Under the pieces are notes generated by a model. That model saw only the letters and a program-made list of their open reading frames with translations, made no database searches and was not told the DNA's origin. Both the position numbers and the translations under genes were made by a program. A stretch of 64,000 nt of DNA from assembly GCA_030141605.1 (NCBI GenBank), contig JAQGDQ010001036.1:4498-68497 (forward strand), read 5' to 3'. Every line of letters starts with the position of its first letter. Position 1 is the stretch's first letter. Source of the DNA: Tubiluchus corallicola (taxonomy: Eukaryota; Animalia; Priapulida). Shown here one piece after another: positions 1-12,808 of this stretch.

Positions 1-252
1 ACTCTGTCTATAACTTTAATTCAGTAAAAGCTGCTGCTGGCTTTGCGTTAGGTAAGTAAACAAACACTAGGTAGGATGTTTGCGTATTTTTGATTACACG
101 TGTATTTATACGCAAAATTTTTTGCGAGGCCTTTGTTAGTTAATTAATTAATTAAACTGGGTCTGACTGTAAAAATGCAAAGCAAACAAAAAATATTCGT
201 AACTAGAATGCTAAAAGATTTCATTTGACTCTGCCAAGGCCAGAGGTCACAC

Positions 253-3200
253 CTTGTAACGGCTGCCGTATGTCAGATCCAGTTCCGTTTCCTCAGCGCC
301 AAACGACATGCCGGGTGTCTTCGTCATCATCTTGCAGTAAACGGCCTCGTTGGGCTGCACACGTACGACCAGTTCGTTACGCTTCGTTGTCTGCTGAAAT
401 ATGTCGCCCGGTACGTCTTTGAACTGGATGCGAATCTCCGCTTTTCGCTCGTTAAGTGCTGCGAAAAACACCAGGGATAAAAATTACAAATTGCAAAAAA
501 GTCTGAAACAGGCCGTAGGCAGCAACAAATTGCAATTTTGTGACCATAGAGAACCTCTAAATGGACTTAAAATATCAGTTACCTTGTTTCATGCATAATT
601 TAAAATACCCAACTATCAAGGATACATGATACCTAATTGTCTCAAAAATGCCTAAGTACTGGCCGCTCCTATGCAAAAGTATATAAAAACTGTCTGCAAT
701 TGACTCAAATAACTCCGCACAATTAATTCTATATTTTTATACATAGAGATATACACGTGGTTACACTGATGTACGTGATGTAAACAAAGTGACGGCCTGC
801 CACCTAGCGGTCAGATTGTGAAATAATGTACTGGGTCAGTAAAAATTTTCTCAACGAATTTACGCGATTTACAAAAAAGGCACTACTGGTCTTCCAAAAA
901 CTCGGAATTTCGCGTATCCGCAGAAAATTCTCATCCCTGAAACACGAAAAGCTCAAATGCTATTTTCCACCAATCAATTTGTCATTGGGGCTTTTTGGAA
1001 TCTAACGTTCCTAGGTAAAGTAACTGTCCGATGTGAGATGGTGTTCGTCGAAGCACTTGTAAAAGACACCCACATGACCGAGTAGCTCAGTATTTTCCCG
1101 TTTCTAAATAGATAAAAATTTGCCTCCAAATACCTCAACAAGTTCCAGTAAGATGACTTTTGTACACGGTGTACAAGCAATGAGTAAAATGGCCATTTTT
1201 GAGGGGGTTTTCCACTTCCTAGAGGTACTTGAGGGGGTCTTAGAGGCAAACTTATAAGTTTTTCAAAGGAAGAGAAACCGGATTATACGACGATGTGTGC
1301 CTTTTACAAATGCCTCTACCAGGATGAAGGTTTAAACGTTAGTTTGGGGAGGGCTATTTTTTCATGACTCATGACTTATTTCTCATTAAAAAAGATTCAT
1401 TTCTCTTCAACAAAAACAAAAGAGCAGCTCTGATTAAATAATTAGGTTTCTCATGCCCATTTTCAAAAATAGGGCAGAAAGAGGACAAGAGGAGAAACAC
1501 GGAGGAAAAGAGTCATCCCAACGTGTGCTATAATCTTCGTTAGTTTAAACATAATTTATTATAGGATTGGATCAGACAGTTTGAACAACATGATTTAGGG
1601 TACTCACCACAACAGACTTTATACACTATTTACAAGAACATTTACAGTAAGACTAGACTATAACTACACAAGCTGACAAGTTTTACTACAAGATTACATT
1701 AGACATTAGTAACATTTACAGTAAGAATAGACTATAACTACACAAGCTGACAAGTTTTACTACAAGATTACATTAGACATTAGTAACATTTACAGTAAGA
1801 ACAGACTATAACTACACAAGCTGACAAATTTTACTACAAGATTACATTAGACATAAGTAGAAAATGACGGTTAGAAAGTATTAATGTACGAATATTTAAG
1901 ACTGATGCGTTTCATATTAGATAGAACGTAACATAAAGTCATGTATGCATTGGAATACTTTACAGTTAGCAACATAGTTAAATTCATCTTTTCCGAAAAA
2001 TAACAACTTCAACAGATCATTAGTTCCTGGGTCATTAGACCATTGATTAATCTTCGTTAATCAATACAGAAATGCACTTTCTTACTGAGGCAACTACTTT
2101 TTAAAACAAACATTTCTATTATCACAAAAGTTCAAGAGTTTACTCATTTCCACACTGCATCATTAAAATACTTGCTGTCCATCCACAAACCAATGACGAC
2201 AATTGAAGGTGACCAGTGGTCACAGTTTCATGCTACTGAATCTGCTTAATACAGCGTGATTACTTTTGCCACACAGGAGGACAAAGAGGGAAGAAAAACC
2301 TCATCCCAATGTCTGTTGTAATATTTGTTAATCAATACAGAAATGCACTTTCTTACTTTTTTTAAAACAAACATCTGTTGCCACAAACATGAACTGCTGT
2401 CCAATTATAAACAAGTGACGTCAAATCAAGGTGACCAGTAATTCAGGGATGAGAATGACAAATTGCAAAAAACTCTGAAACAGGCCGGGGGGTTTGAGGG
2501 CCGCGTACGCCATAGAGAACCTCTAAGTGGACTTAAAATATCAATTACCTTGTTTCATGCATAATTCAAAATATCCAACTATCAAGGATACATGATACCT
2601 AATTGTCTCAAAAACACCTAAGTACTGGCCGCTCTTATGCAAAAGTATATCAAAGCTGTCTGCAATTGACTCAAATAACAATAATGGCACTACTGGTCTT
2701 CCAAAAACTTGGAATTCCGCATATCAGTGGAAAATTCTCATCCCTGCTAATTACAGTTTCATGCTACTGAATCTGCTGAATACAGCATGATTACCTTTCC
2801 CACAGCGCATAATGAACGGCACTCCCTCCCATCTCTCGTTATTGATGTACCCGACAACAGTAGCATACGTGGGTGTGACGGAGCCTGAAAGAAGAGGGCG
2901 CTTTTTTAATTACGAAAGCAAAAACGCCAGTGAATAGTGAAATCAAAGCAACATTTACCAAAAAAGAATTGACCTTTTGGCTATGTTTGACATTTTAATT
3001 GTAGCATTCACAAATTGTGAGGTGTGCCTTAACCAGTCAGTTTAGTTGTCAGACATTAATAAGCCTTTTCACTGTTCCAGCGATTGATGACAATCGTGAA
3101 AAGGTCAAAGGTTAAGTGCACCAGACAACTTACTTGTGTGCACACTTGACATGCCTCGCAGCCCATGCTACTATAACAATAACAGTTTTAACATATTTTA

Positions 3201-6200
3201 ACAGCTAGCTAGAGCTTTACCTAGTTCATTTTTTCTTGTTACCAAGCAAGATCCTGCTAGTAAATCATTCTACGCACAGACTAATGCAAAATTAAGTCAA
3301 GTTTACGTAAAACAACTGAAGTTACTAAACTGACACGGCAGCCGGATTTGTTTCACACGCACATTACATGATGGTTTAGTAAAGACGTGTTGCTGTGGAA
3401 TGCTTAACCTTTCACCTACAGCAATTTCATGTGCGCACAACGAAACTGTGAAAAGTTCTTATTGTTCTCTATTCCACCTAAACCAACAAATACATTGCTA
3501 AAGACATAGAAATGTACCACTAAGAACCTTTTATATCAAACTGTTCAGAATTTCTGACAGTCATATCACAATTATAAACAGTAAGTTGTTAAGCACGACG
3601 AATACAAAAATGCAGTACTAAAGTCCACACACACAACTCATTTACCATATCCTTAAAATTCCCAATAATAACAATAATAGATATGTATGCTGGCATGGCA
3701 AAAATGTGAATAATTTGGCAGTTAAACTTTTCTAGTTATTCACATGTGCTGAATCGCCATTTCATGAGAATCATTTTGATACCAAGCTCATCGCTTTAGC
3801 TTATTTCTAAGCTGAAATAATCCACATTGAAGTTGAGGTGTAGTCTCTGCAGTGAAAAACATAATCTTGAGAAAACTGCTCATTATCATTGTTTTGTATC
3901 AGGCTTCTCCAAAAACACTTAGCAGCTGTACAAAAGTTTGGTTGCTAAGGACTACGCAAGAACACATTCAGCTTATGTTTAAATCCTGTAGATGGCTCTT
4001 TCAGACAAAGATCTGGGCTTGATAACAGAAAAACAAATGTGGTCACAGGTCACACATTATTGATCTACCTTTGGGTACGGTGGGGTCATCTAGGTAGCCC
4101 TCCTTCTCGTCACCTTGCCCGTTAGGATTACCAACATACTGACCGAGCACAGTGTTGCTTAACTGTAAAGCAGGCATGCTCTTCAAAACCTTTACCTGCG
4201 CAAAAGAACAATACTGTGAATTTCTGGATTAGTTTCCATTGAAATACTGTTGAAGTTATAAATCAGACACTAATTCATACTACTTTAGGCCATTCAAAAT
4301 AAGTCTTATAAGACCCGCGACTTTTTTGTTACCGTATGGGCACAGACATAACTAAATTATTACAAATTAGGTATTATTCTATTCAGGAGAATCTCGACTA
4401 TCCAATCACCTTGTTTGTTTAAACATTTACAAGTGATTTAATTGGATAAAATGAAGACATACATGCCCTTTTCAGGCACTCCAACTTAGCCTATCGAGTA
4501 GCTTAGTCTGGTGTACGCTTGCATAGTACATACTAATTTGTTGATCAGCTGCTTGCTGCAGTTCAAGAGAATCATCTGCTGTGCAGAGTTCCAAGAAAAA
4601 TCAACTGATCGGCCAGGGAGAAATTAAGGTCATTTCATCTTTTAACAGGAATTTCTCCTTAAAAATAGAGTAGACTTGAGGCCAATGCATATCAGAGTGT
4701 TGTGTCTGGATGGCTGAAATTTTCTACATTAGCTGATTTCACTGTTAGTGATACTGTACATTGTTAAAGTGCAAACACTGCGGTTACTGAAAGCTTTCCA
4801 TCACATATTGATTTTTAATATGTCTAAGATAAGGAAATGCATTTCATACATAATTTTGCACGAAAATCCATTGTGTGAGGAGTAGAAACCTACAAAAATA
4901 ATCAAGTATAGTTGCTGCTTGGTAAGAGCAGTTTTTCACGAACCCCGTGCAAAATGAAGCAAACTTATGGTCCCGAAGGAGTGAATATTGAAGCATTACT
5001 GTGCACTCATAGTGAAGAGAAATCATGCCATTCAAGGCCCATTTTACGCTACAACAGATACACACACGTGTGACGAAGCACAACAAACTTGAGGATTGGC
5101 ACCTTTTCATTTCGAATGTCATCTGCCGATGTGGATGCTGGCTTCTCCATGGCAACCAAGGTCAGCATCTGGAGCACATGATTCTGCATTACGTCCCTGA
5201 GCAGAAATGTAAAGGAAAATCCTATTAGGGATTTTTCAATTTCAAGCAAGCAAAACACTGAAAATCAGCAAAATTTTATCAATATACTGTAAGTATTGTT
5301 AGAAATTAAGTGCTTTCACGTTTACGTTTTAAAATATTGAAAGGAAACATACTATTTTTTTTCAAAAATGACTTACGTCATTTACCACACAAACAAACTT
5401 TCACGTTCGCACCACTAGTTCTTCGCTGTTACAGGTATTTCACTATTTGCTAGTTAGACGGGCTCTAGCGCCTGCATTTCAGAAACGTATTGCACAAAAA
5501 ACATGTGCTGTACCTCTCAGTTCAGGTGTGTTAGTTTGTGACGAACTACACATGTTTGACAGCTCATGCATGAACGCAGCAGAAAATTTAAAATTTGAAT
5601 TTTTATCTTCAAACTTGCCTAGTTTTAGTACAACACTACGAATATCTTACAGTAGCACTGTACTTCAATTTTCGCTTTCGCAAACACGTGCAATACGCTC
5701 GTGGAATATTTTTGCAGTTGAAAATTATTTTTGTTTTTGATGTCATCAATAGTTGGACTCACCCGCCGTTAATTAAGTTTTTAATCTATTATTTAATTAT
5801 CAGAAACACTTTTTCAGTATTAATCGTGTTAAAATGCATACTTTTTATCGGACTTGAAAAACGGGGTAGTGTATGAAAAATCATCCTGTCTTCTTTTAAG
5901 GAATAGTGCTTTAGCAACAAAATTAATATAATAAGAGCGTAAAACTAATACTATTACATAATAGAAATGATAAATCACTGACTAAAAAATTCATACCTGA
6001 TTATTCCGAATTCGTCAAAATAGCCGCCACGCCCCTGAGTGCCAAATGGCTCTTTGAAACTTAATGTAATGGCAGCTATGGAGTCTCTGTTCCAGACTGG
6101 TCCCCAAATTCTATTGCCAAACCTTAAAATGCAAAAAAAAATTCCATTTGCTTACGAGTTCTTGTGAAGCTGTACTGGTTCTTGTCTGATCAGTGAAGTT

Positions 6201-9200
6201 AAGCAAAATAGAGCCTGCTTAGTACTTGGATGTGTGATCGCCTAAGAATACCAGGTGCTGTAGGCTATGCTTACGCTGTTAGCCGCAGATAGGAGTGGAT
6301 GGAATACTCTGATAAGTGTTGATACGTCAATGTCTACAATAGATGGAATGAGAATTTGAAGAAGAAGAAGAGAATGTTAGAGCGGAGTGTGCGAGTGGAC
6401 ACCAGTGGGATTCGAACCTGAAACCCCTGGACAGCCAAGTGCCGTACCTCGCAAGCTGTTACGAAAATGCCAACAGGTCTGACTTACCAGCTTGCAATGT
6501 CATGTATCTCATTTCAAATTGACATGGCAGAACTCTACGCAATTTTCTACACAGGTTAAAAACAATAAGAAACAAACCCTCCTACCTATCAATGGTATTA
6601 GCGTACGTCTCGTACGAAATGCAACTTTTCTGCTGCATTGCCAAAAAACAGGGATGAGAATGACAAATTGCAAAAAACTCTGAAACACAGAAATTTTCTC
6701 AACGAATTTACGCGATTTACAAAAATGGCACTACTGGTCTTCCAAAAACTCGGAATTCTGTATATCCGCAGAAAATTCCCATCCCTGAAAAAAGGCTAAA
6801 GCTACACATGCAATGATGCATTTCCAAAAATCATTATTTTCCCATTATGATCAATCAATGCTAATGCACCAATTTTGTGCAAAGTATTCCCTGATAGCTT
6901 TGGCGACACAAAACCCCGCCGCATCTAAGAACGTTGCTATGGCAACGAACGCACCTGAGTATCATGAGATTCTGCACCATCTCCTTCCCGAGGTAGTGGT
7001 CAATCCTGTACAGCTGTTCCTCCGTGAACAGAGCAGAGAGGTGATTCGACAGTTTGGAGGACGATTCAAGGTCCTTTCCAAATGGCTTCTCGACGATGAC
7101 TCGTGTCCAACCTCTGTAATGCAATGTTATTAAAGTTATAATTCCCATCTTTCATGCTGCTCAAGGTCAACCAACAATAAAGATTTCTGCAACATTATAA
7201 GCTTTCAGATAAAATGACCTCTAGTATACAAAAGATTAGATTATAAAAGTACATTTATTCACTTCATAGCAATATTTATAGTTTTTGCAAACCCAAATAT
7301 ACCGTATCACACACACTATAAGATGTCTTATATTGCGTTCACACCAGCGAATTTTCCGTAGCAAGTTTTCTCTTCGACAGCAAACTCGCAAGTGTAAACT
7401 ACACCTCCATGATTTCCACTGTTGCCATCACCACTGCTGCTGTCCACCACCGCCATCAAGAGTACTGCCATTTTCATCAACACGAGCTTCATCGCATCAT
7501 TTAAAAAGTAGATTTACTTTGTGTGGCGTAATTCAAAGCACATTGCAAAATACAGGATCGAAAACAAAACTCACAACACAGCAGACTGCAGCACACATTC
7601 AGCAATAACAGCAATCTTTTCTGCAATTTTTTTTCAATTCAATTCAAAACGTGCATTTATTTCCATACTCATGATATAACTGAGGCAAGTAAATGTATTT
7701 AAATATCACAATGGAAATAGGATGGTGAAAGACCAAGAAGCTCAACTAGTCACTAGTTTTAACCCACGTTTTTGTGATAACCCACATTTTTGGCTATAGC
7801 CATTTTGTGGCCAAAACATTAGCTTTCTGGCCAACAGAGGACAGCACCACTGTTTATCTTCACAAGTCTGATTCAAAAAGAGTGCTTGACATGCACAGGT
7901 ATCATTACTACTTGTATACATGTCAGTTAATCAGCATATTAAGCATGACGGTATAGTCTCGTCATACAGGCCAGTCAGAATAGCAATTTGAATAACAAAT
8001 GTGCAAGAGAACAACCACAGAATCAAACCAAGCGACCGAAATCTATATGCTACTATGTGCAAAAACAGGAATCATTACGACATTTCAAATTAACAGCAAA
8101 ACAAAGTAAACTGAGAGACAACAAATTACGTCACGTTAGCCTGCGGTGCCATCAAAGATTTCCGCTCTCTCTCTTCTCTACCACAGAATTTAAGAGCGTA
8201 AAACAGTTAGATTGTACAACAACAACAACTACAACAATGTTGCATTCAACTTATTATTATTTTGTGCGGGTGTCAACTCTTTCTACCGTGCATTTTGCAT
8301 TGCGGTGAGAAGGAGTTTGAAAGCAACACGAACTTGCCGTAAAACTCACCTGTCCGATGTCGAACTAACAGAAATGGAAATAAATAATCTTCAGTAAAAG
8401 AACAAGAATTTTTCGTAAATTTTTCGTAAAAACAAGAATGAACAGAAAATGTGTAAGAAAAGAGGAAAAAGCATTGAAGAACTTGCTAAATGTGTTTGAA
8501 CAGATGGAAAAGTATTGAAGAACTTGCTAAATGTGTATGAACAGGTGGAAAAGTATTGAAGAACTTGCTAAATGTGTATGAACAGGTGGAAAAGTATTGA
8601 AGAACTTGCTAAATGTGTATGAACAGGTGGAAAAGTATTGAAGAACTTGCTAAATGTGTATGAACAGGTGGAAAAGTATTGAAGAACTTGCTAAATGTGT
8701 ATGAACAGGTGGAAAAGTATTGAAGAACTTGCTAAATGTGTATGAACAGGTAGAAAAGTATTTAAGAACTTGCTAAATGTGTATGAACAGATGGAAAAGT
8801 ATTTAAGAACTTGCTAAATGTGTATGAACAGGTGGAAAAGTATTGAAGAACTTGCTTAATGTGTATGAACAGATGGAAAAGTATTGAAGAACTTGCTAAA
8901 TGTGTATGAACAGATGGAAAAGTATTGAAGAACTTGCTAAATGTGTTTGAACAGATGGAAAAGTATTGAAGAACTTGCTAAATGTGTATGAACAGGTGGA
9001 AAAGTATTGAAGAACTTGCTAAATGTGTATGAACAGATGGAAAAGTATTGAAGAACTTGCTAAATGTGTTTGAACAGATGGAAAAGTATTGAAGAACTTG
9101 CTAAATGTGTATGAACAGGTGGAAAAGTATTGAAGAACTTGCTAAATGTGTATGAACAGGTGGAAAAGTATTGAAGAACATGCTAAATGTGTATGAACAG

Positions 9201-12200
9201 ATGGAAAAGTAATGAAGAACTTGCTAAATGTGTATGAACAGGTGGAAAAGTATTGAAGAACTTGCTAAATGTGTATGAACAGGTGGAAAAGTATTGAAGA
9301 ACTTGCTAAATGTGTATGAACAGGTGGAAAAGTATTGAAGAACTTGCTAAATGTGTATGAACAGGTGGAAAAGTATTGAAGAACTTGCTAAATGTGTATG
9401 AACAGGTGGAAAAGTATTGAAGAACTTGCTAAATGTGTATGAACAGGTGGAAAAGTATTGAAGAACTTGCTAAATGTGTATGAACAGATGGAAAAGTATT
9501 GAAGAACTTGCTAAATGTGTATGAACAGATGGAAAAGTATTGAAGAACTTGCTAAATGTGTATGAACAGATGGAAAAGTATTGAAGAACTTGCTAAATGT
9601 GTATGAATAGGTGGAAAAGTAATGAACAACTTGCTAAATGTGTATGAACAGATGGAAAAGTATTGAAGAGTTTGCTAAATGTGTTTTTTATAAGTTCAGC
9701 ACAGTGCACATGCTCAATAGCATGTTGGCAGTGTGGCAGGACTGGACACTATCTCACCTCACTACCAACAATGATCTTCTAAAATGATATTCTGAATTCG
9801 CAGAGAAATGTTATCGCACACAACGATTGTATTTCAACTCCTTGCCTCCAAGAATAAAATTACTATAGCTCTATTATATCGGGTGGAGCATAAAAAACGT
9901 GCCAAAGCTTAGACTAGAATAACGTTAGAAGCAAGAGCCCTACAAGCTCAAAATTCCACAGCACGATTTCACAGTTCATTGGCTTATGGCGGAGAAAGTT
10001 TCAAGTTTATAGATTTAGCAATTTTTAAGTTGTGACCAAAAAACTTTTGGATTTTAAAGATTTAAAATGCTGGAATAATGCCAACTAATTGTCATTTGAA
10101 AAATCGACACGATAGGTAAAACACATTCAACATGGCGGCAAAACAATAAAGAAATTAATCAGTTTATATAATGGTGGTATTCGCCTCAAAAGTAAAGCAC
10201 TTGCTAATATTTGTCGTCAAGAAAAAATGTAACTCAATTCTCTGGACTACGGTATCTGGAATTTCCTTAACCCTTTCACTACGGAAGGCGGCACACTACC
10301 ACCCATGTTTTTCATAAACGGGACAGAAGGTGGTGGACTGCCGCCAAAGCTCAGCACTAAGCGCAGTCACCCAGGTCTGTTTATTTCACTGCTACAGCCA
10401 CGCAAAAATATTGTAGAGAAGTCTAACAGCCGTGGGATTGGGGTTGCTTGGCAACAAGTAATGCTAACCAGCGAATCAGTGTCTGAAGCCAGGTGCATTC
10501 CACAATACTGTACTGTATAGTACGTTCTCACGCAAAACTGCTTGTTGATAGTTGATGAAATGCGCGTTTAGTTGATTGTTCTGCATTCTTGTAAAAAGAT
10601 TGCATATTATGGATTAGTATTGTGTCCTTTGTGAAAACTGATTTCCAAATATAAGTACACGCTTATTTATGAAGGTGTGCACGTGTGTAGGTGCATGAGT
10701 GCACGTATGTGTGCTCGTGTGTGTTTGCATGTGTAGAAACAAAACTAATATTTAATATTGGTACTCAATGACGAACAACTACTTGTTTATTTACAAGATT
10801 TTGTTTCAGTAACACACCACAAGAAGTTATTGTCAAATGTGCAAACATCAATGTGGCCCAGTCAAAAAGTAACAACGTAGTGAAAGGGTTAAAGAAAAAG
10901 TACACAATGGCTGCACAGAACAGTTCGATCTAAAGCAGAGGAACCAAGGGCAAAAACTCTTGCAAGTCCGAATGAAAGACCCTCTTAAGGAAGTGAGAAA
11001 GTCTATAAGCTGTTGCAAGAAACACCTACATCTAGTTTACGCTGAAATAGTGGACATACACTGACCACTCACTGTAAATTTGAACAGTAGTGACACAGTT
11101 AAGCTGAGTTTTTCCGACATTCATTTTTTTTACTCGTTCTTTTAAATCTTCTGTATCTTTGGAAAGATCTAATCAAATGATCTAAAATCATTTGTGTTTT
11201 ATGCACAAATGTCTGCAAAATTAGTGTGGTAATATTCAAGCGATTCTGTTATTTTCTTTGTACAATATCGTGTACGAAACTTTGGCACATTTTTTTGTGT
11301 CAACTTATATAAACCTACTTTTTCCCCATGCAGGTGGCTTGTATATTCGTTGTTACCACCATGAATACGCTGGGTGGTAGTGCTAGGTAGAACAGCCGAT
11401 TGGCAGCAGCCTTTCCCTCAAGCCTCTCTATGGCTGCGTTGAGCTTCGCGAACGCCTCTTTCTGGTCGTAAGCTCCGGCTAAATAACTGTTGACAGACCA
11501 GAATTTCTCCAGTTTGCCTTTGTCTTCGCTTTTTACCTGTTTAATAACATGACAGTAAAGAAAATGACGGGGCGCATTTCCAGTAAGCCTGAACATGAAC
11601 AAAAATTTAAGATCGATGGTGAACTTTTAATTATAGAAAAGAATCAATATCAGAAAGATTTTTTTGTTTTACAAAAATTTTTCACATTGGAAAAATGAAT
11701 CCTAATTCCATTGAACATTGTCTTTAAGAGGCAAAAAGCACAAGCTTAAGATGTAAAAACACAAGCTTAAGATGCAAAAATCACAAGTTTAAGATGTAAA
11801 AACACAAGCTTAAGATGCAAAAAACACCAGCTTAAGATGCAAAAAACACAAGCTTAAGATGTAAAAACACCAGCTTAAGATGTAAAAAACACAAGGCTAA
11901 GATGCAAAAAACACAAGCTTAAGATGTAAAAAACACAAGTCTAAGATGCAAAAAACACAAGCTTAAGATGTAAAAACACAAGCTTTAATTTCCATTTTTG
12001 TCCAAAACATATAATTGACTATTGGCGAATTAGCAGTGATAAAAACCATCAATATTATCAAGACTTTAGCTAAAACAGATATGCAAAACTATACCTTCAT
12101 ATACGGTTCAGCCTTTTTTCTAATGTCACTCACAGTTAAGTTTGACCTGGCATAGCCAATGAAAGATGTACCATTTGGAATCAACCCAGTGCTATACAAC

Positions 12201-12301
12201 AACCTGTGCAGTAAAAACAACTTCATTTTTCAGAAAAAGTAACAAACAGCTCAGTGTTTTGGATGCGTTTATCAAAAAACTTTTATGATTTAAATATATA
12301 C

Positions 12302-12334
<33 letters not shown>

Positions 12335-12600
12335 TGTATGTATGTATGTATGTATGTATGTATGTATGTATGTATGTATGTATGTATGTATGCATCATCT
12401 TCACCATCACCATCATCACTCATCATCATCATCATCATCACTCATCAACATCATCATCATCATCATCACCACCACCACCATCATCATCATCATCACCACC
12501 ACCACCACCATTATCATCATCACCATCATCATCACTCATCAACATCACCACTCATCATTATCATCATCACCACCATCATCATCATCATCACCACCATCAC

Positions 12601-12662
<62 letters not shown>

Positions 12663-12776
12663 CCACCACCACTACCATTATCATCATCACTCATCAACAT
12701 CACCACTCATCATTATCATCATCATCACCATAATCATCATCACCACCATCATCATCATCACCACCATCATCATCAC

Positions 12777-12808
<32 letters not shown>

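Noticed and set aside
974-1249. Remaining 60-110-aa ORFs in the track, such as this one
   Set aside because: Mostly non-ATG starts, no recognisable domains, and located in introns, repeats or antisense to real exons.
8465-9686. 41-bp array as a CRISPR array
   Set aside because: Units are contiguous with no unique spacers, there are no cas genes, and it lies in a spliceosomal intron.
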